From: Octopus sinensis
Lineage: Eukaryota
DNA: 64,000 nt
NCBI RefSeq assembly: GCF_006345805.1
Contig: NC_042999.1
Span: forward strand, 132,060,001-132,124,000
Reading direction: 5' to 3'
The notes beneath the pieces are model-generated. The model was not told the DNA's origin, did not search any database, and saw only the letters and a program-made list of their open reading frames with translations. The position numbers were made by a program, and so were the translations under genes. This document shows positions 13,111 through 25,515 of the stretch, one piece after another (the first letter of the stretch is position 1; every line of letters begins with the position of its first letter).

Positions 13111-13786
13111 CTAGCATTAAAGACCCGTCGTTGCCGGGTCATAGTGCTAGTGCATGTACATATGTGTACATATTACATGTACATCTATATATATACATCT
13201 ACACATAAAATGCAAAATACAAAGTTATATCTTGATATCGCTAGTGATAACAATACTCAAAATATATAACAGACTGGAATTGTTAGCTCTTCTTTTTTCT
13301 CTACATTGTATACTTTATAGACAATAGTCTTTCTTTAATTTAATTTTTTATTATCCATCTGGACTATTCCATTTCTGCACGCTAATTTTATTTTTAATTT
13401 ATTCCCATTCATGTGAAACCACTTATTCAAGTTCAAATCATTGATGCAATTTTATACCAATTGCTATTTTTACTTTTGTTATGTTACGATTATATTATAC
13501 TTTAGTTTGATTTTAATTATTACTTACTACATATTGATTGATTGATTCTAGTTTCAGCTCATGAGCTGTGGCCATGTTATTATTGTTAAAGTGAAAGCAT
13601 CTGACATAAAATAGAGAAATATTTTTGTTTCACTTTTAACACGTAATACTGAAATAGTGGAGAAGATATGATATTGCTATGGGCTCGCTCTAGGCAAGGA
13701 GTTGAACTTTTGGTTGTGTAGTTCTCAAGTTTTAGGGAAACACACAGACAGACAGACACACATTCTCAGTTTTATATATATAAAGA
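13111..13786 (-). mobile_element. Complete non-autonomous Helitron (676 bp)
   Basis: The minus strand begins A|TCTTTATATATATAAAACTGAGAATGTGTGTCTGTCTG and ends with hairpin gacccg-gcaacga-cgggtc, then tttaatgCTAG|T. It has the 5' TC, 3' CTAG, subterminal hairpin and A/T target without TSD. Confidence 0.88.
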
Positions 13787-14552
13787 TAATACTGGTCACA
13801 GCTGGACTTGTTTTTGATCCAATGTTTTGCTCAATCAGGATTGACTTGGGGCTAAACAGCAAAAAATAACTACAGCAAGTACAATTATACACTCTGTGAA
13901 AGGATTAGCTATAATAATTTTTAGAAATACATTATAATAATTGTGAGACTGTTACAGTCATATTCTTAGCAGCTGTTGCATAAGCATTGTTGTCTACATC
14001 CTATAATGGGCCATCTGCTTGATTAACTAATCTTCACAAACCAGCAAGGGAAGGAGCCTGCCTCTACAGGGTCAATGATCTGCTAGAAAATTTCCTTTAA
14101 ATCCCACCTTTGTAAAGGAGATATTGAATAATGTAATCCTTTCTACATACCCCTAAAAAGACAAAATAATTTATGGCTGGAATGAATAATGCTTTTGATA
14201 ATGGGTCTATTAAATCAAAATCGACCTGAGACTAAGTTTCAAATATATAACAACCTACTAACCCTCGTATTACTACTACCATACTTCCTGCTCAACTCTG
14301 TTGAGCCACTCTGATGTATCTACTTTTGCTCCTTTTTATATTTTCTTACTGAACCTCTTTGCCCATCTATGTTTCAATTGATTTTGAAAATTGAGAATTT
14401 CATAAAGAAGACTTTATCATTATGAACTGATATTTGGAATATAAATTAACATGAAATTTTAATGAAGCCTTTGGCCATATCGTACCCAAATATTCTACTA
14501 TTTTATGTTCAAACCAGCCATATCTGGCCTCTCACACCAACCCAACAATGTC

Positions 14553-14930
14553 GAGTGGCTGTGTAGTAAGTAGCTTGCTTACCAGCCACATGGTTCCGGG
14601 TTCAGTCCCACTGTGTGTTACCTTGGGCAAGTGTCTTCTACCATAGCCTCAGGCCAACCAAAGCCTTGTGAGTGGACTTGGTAGACGGAAACTGAAAGAA
14701 GCCCGTCGTATATATGTGTGTGTCTGTGTTTGTCCCCACAACATCACTTGACAACTGATGCTGGTGTGTTTATGTCCCCGTAACTTAGCAGTTCAGCAAA
14801 AGAAACCGATAGAATAAGTACTAGGCTTGCAAAGAATAAGTCCTGGGGTCAATTTGCTCAACTAAAGGTAGTGCTCCAGCATGGCTGCAGTCAAATGACT
14901 GAAACAAGTAAAAGAGTAAAACGAGAGAGT
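14553..14930 (+). mobile_element. SINE family 1 (tRNA-derived CORE-like SINE, resembles the octopus OR-type SINEs)
   Basis: A-box tggctgtgtag, B-box ggttcagtccc, CORE-like ccttgggcaagtgtctt, internal (TA/TG)n, tail gtgctccagcatggctgcagtcaaatgactgaaacaagtaaaagag. Further copies at about 17323-17690 (+), 18267-18500 (+), 28098-28460 (-), 37575-37890 (-), 38350-38675 (-), 40695-41056 (-) and 47118-47436 (+). Confidence 0.85.
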
Positions 14931-16002
14931 AATACCATCAAAATTTCAAAATTATGAGATAATACATGATTAATTCAAAACATTGTGAATAAATATGCAT
15001 TACATTTGACAAGTCATCTGATTAATTATTTGTAAGGACACTGTATTTCGTTATGCAACCATAATACACTACAAAGTATATTAAACACTTTATAAGTCAA
15101 TACTGTGTCTTACTGTGTTAGCAGTGCTATTAAGTCACTTTTTAAGGTTATCTCTAACTTCTATAGAAAATCTGTAGAGACATCCTTAAAAAGTAATCTG
15201 AAAGCTGAAGGTTTAACTCTTTCACTACCATATTTCTTTCGAAATACACTGCTTTTGTCCTCATCTTGTTTGTTGTTAACACAATGTTTTGGCTGATATA
15301 CCCTCTAGCCTGCTTTTGTTTCACTTAATTTTGAAAATATTGAAAGACTTAGTAAACCATTTTCGACATTATTAAGCTGGTGTTTGAAACATAAATTAAC
15401 GTGAAATTTTGATGAAAGGTTTTAATTTAGATCACTTTAACCCTTTCGTTACCAACCCGGCTGAAACCGGCTCTAGCTCTGAGTACAAATGTCTTGTTTT
15501 CCTAAGTTTTGAATTAAAATCTTCCACCAAATCTTAGTCACAATTTATGTTCATAACAGTGGCTAGGGGACTGATAGAATAAGTACTAGGCTTACAAAGT
15601 ATAAGTCCTGGGGTCGATTTGCTCGACTAAAGGCAGTGCTCCAGCATGGCCACAGTCAAATAACTGAAACAAGTAAGAGTAACTTTCTATCAAGCAGTGC
15701 TGTGCTTTAAGTGTTAGTATGTAGGTTCTTTTTGTTACATTATTTCTGTTGAAATACATTGCCTTTGTTTCAATTAATTTTGAAACTGATGAAGAATTTA
15801 GTAAAAAAAATCTTTGTTATATTTTGGGACGGTGTTTTTTTTTTCTTGCCAAATAAACACAATATATTCATTCTTCACTCATTTATTCTTGTTCTTATTT
15901 TATCTTATGTCCATTGTCTGGAAAGCTTTCATCATACACCTGTGACCTCTTCATCAACAAAAGATTTCCAGACAATGAACATAGATAAAATAAGAATAAT
16001 AA

Positions 16003-16544
16003 ATTCAAAGAAGCTACACAAAGAAGATCGTCTCAATGCAAAATATCAGCTACTGGGAAAGACTGAAAGTATTAAACCTCTTCTCCCTAGAGCAGAGGTG
16101 GGAGAGATATGCGGTGATATACATCTGGAAAATCCTGGAGGGTCTTGTCCCAAACTTTGGCATTCAAAGTTACCCCAACTGCAGAACAGGGCGCCACTGC
16201 ATGGTGCCAAAGATTCCAACATCACCATCAAAATACAGGTCCAGATACTGCAACAGCTTGGGTTTCAGAGGACCACAACTATTTAACATCCTCCCTAAAT
16301 GCCTGAGAGACTTACATGGTGTGGATGTGGGTTTCTTTAAAACTAAACTGGATCTCTTCTTGTCGGGAGTCCCAGATGAACCTACTTCACGACAGGAGAC
16401 ACAGATGCGGGCAGCAGCATCGAACTCCCTTGTTGATCAAGTGCCACGTATCAGAGGTGGATTCACATATTAGTGTAGCTCATTCAGCGGTGGTGCCCCA
16501 GCATGGCCGCAGCCTTCGGGCTAGAACATTTTTAAAGATTTAAG
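16003..16544 (+). mobile_element. 5'-truncated CR1-group LINE: ORF2 C-terminus (stop at 16473) and 3'UTR
   Basis: IQRSYTKKIVSMQNISYWERLKVLNLFSLEQRWERYAVIYIWKILEG...RGPQLFNILP...FKTKLDLFL matches the post-RT region typical of CR1/L2-group LINEs. Confidence 0.85.
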
Positions 16545-18130
16545 GAGTAAAGAATGAATATATAGTGCGTGTGTCTAATTGGCAAGAAAAAAAAAAATGA
16601 CCATCCCGAAATATATCTGTTTCAAGTCATGATTTCACATCAAGAATCTTGCAAAACAAATTCATAAACGTTTGTCATTATTAATCTGTTGTTTGGAACA
16701 TAAATTCACATGAAATTTGATGAAAGTTTTAATTTGAATCACTTTAGGAAGCTTGTATCATAGAACCAGGGTCAGGTTTCAGGCAACATGCATACACACA
16801 TACAATGAACTTCTTTCAGTTTCCATCTACCAAATTCACTTCAAGACTTTGGTCGGAACAGGGCTTTAGAAGACTATTCAGTTCTTTCCCACTATAAAGT
16901 CCACGGTGCTGTACAGTGAGACTGAACCTGAAAACACATGCATACAAAATTAACTTCTCAACCATGCAGCCATGCTTGCATCTGTGTGTTTTGAGTAAGA
17001 TGTGCTTCTTCAGCTAAGAACAAACCCTGATTGTGATGATGTGTTGTATGAATCCATATAAACGAACATAAAGAAATGGTACTCTATGCATAAAATAGGC
17101 TTGCAATAATTATAACACCAGATAAAACTGTAATTGTCACCATTGTTTATTCGGTTTCATTGTATTTTGGGGGAAAATAACTGAGGTCTTTATTTAGAAT
17201 TATTAATATAAGTATAAATATTTGGTGAAAATATGGTTTTATGAATTCTATAATTTCAAATGTAAATTTGGCAATTGACAAAGTTTTTGTAAGTAAAAGG
17301 ACATTAACAAAAAAAAAAAAAGGGCACAGTGTGGTTGTGTGGATAAGAAGCTTTTTTCCCAACCATATGGTCTTGAGTTCAGTCCCACTGTGTAGCACCT
17401 TGGACAAGTGTCTTTAACTATATCACTGGACCAACCTGAGCATTGTGAGTGGATTTGGTAGATAAAAACTGTCTGGTGTGTATGTCTTTGTATTTGTGTG
17501 GTTGCCCTGCTCCACTGTTTGTCAACCTGTGTTGGTTTGTTTACATCCTCTTAGCAATTTGGTAAAAGGAGGCTGAGAGATCGAGTGCCAGACTTTATAA
17601 TGTAAGTACTGGGGTCAATCTGTTCAGCTATAGCATTCAAAGTGGTGCCCCAGAATGGTCGCAGTCCAATGACTGAAATAGGACAAAAGATACATTAGAG
17701 AAATGAAAGAGAGTGAAAAACAAAAAAAAGGGAAGTGGACACAAAAGCATATAAAGAAAAAATAACAAATATAATATGTGTGTGTGTGTGTGTATGTATG
17801 TATATATGGTGAACGAAAGAGAACAAGAAAGACAAAAAGTTACTAAGAAGTGTATCTTTCACTGTATGATTTATTGTAATTGATACAATAAGTTTTATGT
17901 TGGCAGGCTTTATATATTATTAGAAAGCAGTGTGAAAGAATATAAAGAAAAAAAAATGCTCAAAGCTTTGTTGAGAAAGAAGCAGAAAGAAAAGAAAAAG
18001 TAGGAGCAAAAAGATATATTGTTGAAGAAAAGTTTGTGGTACTAGAAAGATATTAAAGAAATATGTGTGGGGAGAGAGAGGGAGAGAGAAAGAGACGTAT
18101 GTATATATTTACATGTGTATATTAATGTGT

Positions 18131-18189
<59 letters not shown>

Positions 18190-18564
18190 TATGTAGATAT
18201 ATAATTAAATGTGTATGTGTATATATATGCGTGTGTGTGTGTATGTATACACACACATACATATATAGGCACAGGCATGGCTGTGTAGTAAGAAGCTTGC
18301 TTTTGTGTGTGTGTGTGTGTGCTTGACAACCGATCCTGGTGTTTACTTCCTGTAACTTAGAGGTTCAGCAAAAGAGACCAACAGAAGTACTAGTCTTAGA
18401 AAGAATAAGTCCTGGGGTCGATTTCTTCAGTTAAAACCCTTTAAGGTGGTGCTCCAGCATGGCCACAGTCAATTGATTGAAACAAGTAAAAGAATAGAAT
18501 ATTTGTGTGTGTGTGCATATATAGATAGATAGATAGATGGATATATCTATGATGTGTCAGGCGA

Positions 18565-18945
18565 TATAATATGCTTGAGAAGACCTGTTGAGTCAAGTAA
18601 AACCAAAATCATAGCTGTGGCCAGTGCCCCTTGACTGGCTCCTGTTCTGGTGGCACGTAAAATGCATCATCTGAACATGGTCACTGCCAGTGTTCCCTGA
18701 CTGGCTCCCGTGCTGGTGGCACATAAAAAGCACTATTTGAACGTGATCGATACCAGGCCCTCCTGACTGGTTCCTGTACCAGTGGCACGTAAAAAGTACC
18801 CACTACACTCTCGGAGTGGTTGGCGTTAGTTAGGGCATTGCCAGATCAGATTGGAGCCTGGTGCAGCTGCTGGCTTTCCAGACCTCAGTCAAACCGTCCA
18901 ACCCATGCCACATGGAAAATGGACATTAAACAATGATGATGATGT
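18565..18945 (+). mobile_element. RTE 3'UTR-derived element
   Basis: Three ~60-bp gactggctcc...gtggcacgtaaaa units, then cactacactctcggagtggttggcgttag...ccgtccaacccatgcc and a (gat)n tail, as at 46140-46395. Confidence 0.75.
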
Positions 18946-19377
18946 AAAGATGTTTGTCACAAGATTCTGTACAGAAATCCGAGTCCCCTTGCAAAAATTG
19001 AGAAAAACACATAGGAAACTTGGCAGATTATTATCTTTCTCTGTTAAATATCTCTGAATAACATTTATCAACAAGAGAGCTTTTGACATCAAGTTTGAGT
19101 TAGGAATGAAGATGCTTTGTATATGTAAAATACTTACAGAACTTGAAAGAACTTTGAAAAAGATCAAGGAATTTCATTGAAATTCCACCAATAAGTTACA
19201 GTGTATTGCATTTGTAGGGAAAATAGTGTTTTTGAATACACTAAGAAAATATTTCTGCCTATATTTGCTTGTTATTTAAAATGAAGATCTCTGTTGTTTT
19301 GGAAAGGAATGACACAAAACTCTGGATATGTGTGTGTGAGAGAGAGAGAGTGTGTGTGTGTGTGTGTACATTAGGCC

Positions 19378-20108
19378 AAGGCAGAGAGCTGGCAGAATCA
19401 TTACTACACTAGCAGCATTTCTTATGACTTTTTACATTCCGAGTTCTAATGAGTTCTGAGGTCGACTTTGTCTATCAGCCTTTTGGGGTCAATGAAATAA
19501 TTCCCTTTTGAGCACTGAGGTGATGTAATCAATATCTTTTTGCACCTCAAAATTACACCAAAATTTGACAGAATTATTTTCAGTCAGGCCTGCTGTCTGT
19601 CAGTCACATCATGTAAAATTATTTAGTATAATAATAATAATAATAATAATAATCCTTTCTACTAAAGGCACAGGGCCTGAAATTTGGGGAGAGAGGACTA
19701 GTTGAATATATTGACCCAAGTGTTTCACTGGTTCTTAATATATTGACCCTGAAAGGACGAAAAGCAAAGTCGACATACTGGCAGAATTTGAACTCAGAGT
19801 GTAGAGGGATGAAATGCCATTAAGCATTTTGCCTGGCATGTTAACAATTCTAACAGCTCAACACCTTAACAAAAACCATAATAACAATAATGATTTCAAA
19901 TTTTGGCACAAGGCCAGCAGTTTTGAGAGAAGGGATGAGTCGAATACATCAACCCCACTACTCAACTGGTACTTATTTCATCGACCCAGAAAGGATGAAA
20001 GGCAAAGTCAACCTTGGCAGAATTTGAACTCAGAACATAAAGACGAACTAAATGCCACTAAGCATTTTTACCCAGCATGTTAACGGTTCTGCCAGCTCGC
20101 CACCTTAA
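19378..20108. mobile_element. Three SINE family 2 copies (19378-19575 +, 19655-19868 -, 19890-20108 -)
   Basis: Family-2 head, central block and tail are recognisable in each copy. (TAA)n spacers separate them. Confidence 0.8.
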
Positions 20109-20131
20109 TAAAAATGATAATGATGATAATA

Positions 20132-20162
<31 letters not shown>

Positions 20163-20175
20163 TTTGTTTTTCCAG

Positions 20176-20413
20176 TTATTTTGTCGAAAAGAACTTGCTG
20201 CTCGTGAAATGGAAGCACAAGAAGAAGAAGAAGGCTCCAATACTGAGGGCTCTTCTCCCAACAAGAGTGGCAACTGGCATGAGTCAGACTCATGTTTGCA
20301 ATGGATTGTGGGTACGAAACGAAAGGAAGCTGAGAAGCAAAATGAGCAGAAACATAATGGAGAAGATGAATCACATATTGATGCTACAGATGCTGAAGAG
20401 AAATTCACAAAAG
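20176..20413 (+). CDS. WAPL: WAPL coding exon E
   Basis: ttccag acceptor and gtaact donor. Encodes LFCRKELAAREME...NKSGNWHESDSCLQWI...EEKFTK, comparable to vertebrate LFLERERAAQLAE...DKSGEWQETSGEIQWV. 238 nt, phase 0 to 1. Confidence 0.95.
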
Positions 20414-21482
20414 GTAACTCTATATTTTTATATTGACAGTGTGCTTTAGCTGTTCAGTAAAGCTAGTTGTGTGGATCAGCAATTCATTCAATGAAACTGT
20501 TGAATGCTTTAGCTGTTCAGTAAAACTGACGTGTGGTTTGGTTGTTCATTTAAAACTACTGTATGTTTTAAAAAGTGGTGTTGAGGGGAGAGGTGGGAAT
20601 CAAAGCAAAATATGAGGGGGGTTTTTTTTAATTGAAATGTCAGCTTTATGTTTATTATCAGCCATATCTGTCTGTCACTTGCCCTCCCCTCTCTCTAATT
20701 GTTACTCTCTTCTCTTCTTTACCCTTCTTTCTCCATGCTTTTGTTTACTACTCTAGTTAGCTCAAGGAAGAGGGGAAGATAAAGATCAAAATATTTGGGC
20801 AGGTTTTGTTGGGGTGTTGGTTATAGACAAGTTTGAAAGGTAGAGTTGAGATGATGTGAGGCAGGGGCAGATGGGGGAATGTATTTTGTATAATGTCTTT
20901 GGGGAGAGGTCCTGGTAGCAGTGGGTGTGATACAAGGAGGAGAAGCATGTGTAATAGTTATAGATAGAAAATGCTAGATCTGATGTAATGATTTTCTTTT
21001 GCTTTTTCTGACAAACTGACCTTTCCTCATCATATAAGACTTATATCTGTTGTCTTCATGGACAACATTTCTGACTGTTCCTTCTGACACATGGAGACCT
21101 TTTGTAATTGACCTCATGGACTTTCTGGGGTTGTAATCAATGGTCTGTTGAACTTGCTGGATAAATTCAAGTGTTGTGATGATTTCACAGTGTTTAGAAT
21201 GCTTTTTATGCTTTGATACTGGTGATATGTTTCCATCTTCAGTCTCTAGCTCCTTACAAACTTTGTTGACGAAAGATCTGGCAACTTTTAAAAATCAAGA
21301 TATTTCTAAACTGCTATGCTCAGCCTTTATAACCACAATAACAGCATGCCTTTTCATTTCTTGAGTAAGCCAAGGGTCTGCCATTATTATTTTCTGAAAC
21401 AATGATTATACAAAATTAGCAAAATATGCAGCAATGACCCAAAAAATGTATGTCCTCAAATACCTTACGCACCCTGTATATA

Positions 21483-21552
<70 letters not shown>

Positions 21553-21626
21553 TACAGAATTAGCAAAATATGCAGCAATGACCCAAAAAATGTATGTCCT
21601 CAAATACCTTATGTACCCTGTATATA

Positions 21627-21696
<70 letters not shown>

Positions 21697-21889
21697 ATAT
21701 ATACATACATACACACACACACACGCATTCATAGATAAATGCACCCATACACATGTAAGTGTGTGTCCTGCTTAGCTTGACAACTAGTAATGATTTGTTT
21801 TCATTTTTGTAACTTAGCAGTTTGACAAAAGACCAAGAGAATCAGTACCAGACTTTAATCTGGCCCTGGGGAACAAATTCTTGATGTAC

Positions 21890-22308
21890 AATACCACATT
21901 TCCAGGTGTGATGATCATGGTAGATCTTCCAGATCGCTCATTATCTTTCAGAGATGTTTTTTCCACTTTTGAAGCACTCCCACGCCATTCAAAGCATTGC
22001 ATACAACCCATTGCCTCATCACTGTAAGCTTGCAAAAGCATGCTCAATGTCTCTATAGCAGACTTCCCAAGTTTGACACAAAATTTCACATTGGCTCTTT
22101 GTTCCAACTTCCTATTTATGCAAAATCACAGACTACAGCACACACATGATTACAAAAACACAAATTTTCCAACTTGCAAAGGAAACACAGCAATGTTACC
22201 ACACTGCGTCATGAGGGCCATTGCTAGCTCTTACTGTGCACACAATTGTGTGCTGCCATCTGTTGGCGTGCTACGAAACTACTCTGTGAACTTTTGGATA
22301 CCACCTCA
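21890..22308 (-). mobile_element. mariner transposon 5' fragment
   Basis: TA plus TIR-like tgaggtggtatccaaaagttc. Peptide MEQRANVKFCVKLGKSAIETLSMLLQAYSDEAMG...FEW...DNERSGR is the mariner N-terminal HTH. Confidence 0.85.
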
Positions 22309-22383
22309 TAATTGTGTGTGAAGAAAATGTTTTGTATTTTAATGTTCAATTGTGATTTTCTTTTCTTTTTTTTAATTTTGCAG

Positions 22384-22472
22384 CCTTACACGAAGCCGGA
22401 AAACATATGGAAAACAGCTTTGTTGCAGCCTATGTTGCCTTGTTAATTGGTTGCCTTATCCAAGACAACCGG
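22384..22472 (+). CDS. WAPL: WAPL coding exon F
   Basis: T-rich tract and gcag acceptor, gtaagt donor. Encodes ALHEAGKHMENSFVAAYVALLIGCLIQDNR, comparable to vertebrate [27 protein letters not shown]. 89 nt, phase 1 to 0. Confidence 0.97.
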
Positions 22473-24356
22473 GTAAGTTCCTTACTAGTCTATTTCTTTA
22501 ATAATAAGCATTTTAATTGCAAACATTGCATGGTTAAGAAGTTCATTTTGAAAGCATGTGGTCTCAGTTTCAGTCCCACTCACTGAGTAATCTTGTGTAA
22601 TTGTCCCCCGCTGTTGCCCTGGGCTGATAAATGCCCTGTGATAAAATTTAGTAGATGGAGATTGCAGACGTAACTGTGTGGGTTACGAAACTTGTTTCCC
22701 AACCATGTGGTCTCAAGTTCAATCCCACTGCAAGTGTCTTCTAATATAGCCCCAGGCTGACCCGGATTTGATGGACAGAAGCAGAAAGAAGCTTGTCACA
22801 CACACACACGCAATAATCATTTATTCCTTTGTCATCTCTTTTCTTATTACTACTCCGTACCTGACTAAGACTCCATTCAGAAGCACTCCTATATTGAGTT
22901 CTACACCAGGTTATTATCATACTGCATGCTTGTGTGTGTCTTTGTTTCTAATCTGTGCAAAACATGTATGGCCATGGGGAAATATTACTTAATTTGGAAA
23001 CAGATGAGGAACGGCAACAGGAACGACACATCCAGCCACAGAAAATTTGCCTCAACAGATTCTGGCTGACCTATATAAGCATGCACAAGTGATTGTCAAA
23101 TGATGGTGATGATGAGTAGGGGAGGCTGAGGATTGTGATGTTTAGGAAGAAAATGTGTTTAGTCAGGTTTATTATAAAACATATTAAAAATGTTCACGTG
23201 TCCTCTAAACAATAAGCAAAATTGGAAGTGTGATTTGAGCATTACCAGTTTAGGCTGTAAAAAGTATATCTCATATAAAGTCAACTTGCAAAAAGCAAAG
23301 AGTCAGAAGAATATAAGAGACAATACCTGCAGAATATTAGATATTTTCGTTATGCTTCTGTTAAAATATTTTTATTATTTCAATAGAAATCTTAATAGTG
23401 ATGGTTTATTTTAGAAACTATTGCAGGAGCACGAGTATTTATTTTCCTTTTGTTCAGTTAATATTTACATTCTGCTACTGACAGTATCTATGTATTATCC
23501 TTATTCACTATTCATTAATTTAAATAATTCACATTAAATGCTTCAAATAGCGTTTTTGATAATGGAAGTATTATATTCTGGCTTTCTTTATTGAAGAAGG
23601 TTGATAGCAATAATTCTATGAGACATGTGCCTGTCAGTTTTGCTGAATAGTTTATATATCACAATCATGGAAAAATGCAGCATTAACTACTATAATGATA
23701 TTAACTCTTTATTACACATCAGTTTGCTTGGACAGTAGTTATTTATTAACTGATTTCTAAACATGCCAACCCAAATATGACAATGTGCTTGACTGGGTGG
23801 AAAAATGAGTAACATTTTGTTCCCATGTGTAATGTGCACTCTTTATATTTGGATTTGAAAATCTGGGTAAAACATGTGTAAATGAATAAATATAATAAGC
23901 AGATCTTAATCATACAAAAGAACAACATATCCAAGTACACCAGAGTTGATTGGTGCAGGCAAGGTTGTGTAGTAAGAAGCGTGCTTTCCAACCGCATGGT
24001 TCTGGGTTCACTCCCACTACATGGCACCTTGGGCGAGTGTCTTCTGCTATAGCCCCCAGGTCGACCAAAGCCTTGTCAGTGGATTTGATAGACAGAAGCT
24101 AAAGGAAGCCTGTTGTTTATATGTGTGTGTACATAGATGTGCATGTGTGTTACTGTTTCCTGGCTTGACATCACATGATAGTTGTAAATGCGTGTCACCA
24201 TCATGCAAGCAGTGTCCTTTGTTTCCAGTACTCTGAAAACATGTCTGGTCATGGGGTATAGTAGATCACATTTGTTTCTGCACTGCACACCAGCTTTAAG
24301 TTGCTGAGTTTATATTCATAAACCATTATAAAATATTATTCTTCATAATTACGATC

Positions 24357-24675
24357 TGAAGGCACATGACTCAGTGCTTAGAGCTTTGGGCTCACAATCA
24401 TCAGGTAATGAGTTTGATTCCCAGATTGGGCTGTGTGTTGTGTTCTTGAGCAAGACACTTTATTTCACATTGCTCTAGTTCATTCAGCTGTAGAAATGAG
24501 TTGCAACTCACTGATGCATAGCTGTACCAGCCTTTGCTATTCCCTTAGATAATATCAGTGGCATGAAGAGGCTGGTATGCATGGCCAACTGCTGGTCTTA
24601 TGTCTCAGAGGGGAACTTTCTAGGTATGTCCCATGGTCATTCATGACCGAAGGTGGTCTTTACCCTTACCCTTTA
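24357..24675 (+). mobile_element. SINE family 3 (tRNA head, CORE-like block)
   Basis: tgactcagtgcttagagc A-box, gagtttgattccc B-box, gttgtgttcttgagcaagacacttta, tail catgaccgaaggtggtctttacccttaccc. Confidence 0.75.
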
Positions 24676-25174
24676 TAATTACTATATAGTTGAATATTTT
24701 TCAGCAACAGGCATGGGTAGTGTCTTCCATCCTCATGTTATATTATTTGTGTGTGTGTTGTCTTCTTCTTGCCCTGTCATGCAAACAGATCCTTCATTTT
24801 CAGTCTTCTATGAAAAACATGTCTAGGTCATGGGGAAATATTATCTTACTTGGAAACAGGTGAAGGTTGACAACAGGAAGGGCATTAGGCCTTAGAATAT
24901 CTGCCTCAACAAATTCTATCCAATCCATGCAAGATAGCAAAATTGGACATTAAAACAATTATAACTTTATCAGTGCTGGCTGTAATGGGGTGGTATAACA
25001 GGAAGCTTATAAGTCAGAGATTAATGGAGTCAGTAAAAGATAAATGAAGTTCCCATGCCAGACATGGTTGAAGGCTTCACTCATTGACGAAGAAGCCCAT
25101 TTGTGTGTGTTTGGTGTTTGTGTGTACATATATATATATATATGCACACACACACACACATGCATATGTATATA

Positions 25175-25515
25175 GGGTAAAGACACCCTTCGGTCATGAA
25201 TGATCATGAGATTGCACCTAGAAAGTTCCCCTCTGAGGCACAAGTCCAGGCAAGGTTGTTTATGGAAGATCAGCAGTCACTCATGCATAACAGTCTCCCC
25301 TCTCCATGCCACCGATGTTATCCAAAGGGAAAGGCAAAGGCTGATACAGCTTGGTATCAGTGACGTTGCAGTTCATTTCTACAGCTGAGTGAACTGGATC
25401 AACGTGAAATAAAGTGTCTTGCTCAAGAACACAACACAGCCCAGTCTGGAAAATTGAACTCACTAACTCATGATTGTGAGCCTGAAGCTCTACCCACTGT
25501 GCCATGCACCTTCAC
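25175..25515 (-). mobile_element. SINE family 3 copy (inverted)
   Basis: Reverse complement of 24357-24675 along its length. A partial third copy lies at about 37190-37325. Confidence 0.75.

Noticed and set aside
14553-14625. tRNA gene (A and B boxes present)
   Set aside because: It is the tRNA-derived head of a SINE that continues into CORE-like and tail sequence. No complete cloverleaf was seen.
15759-16286. 175-aa ORF as a novel gene
   Set aside because: It runs through MITE sequence and an alternative frame of the CR1-group LINE.
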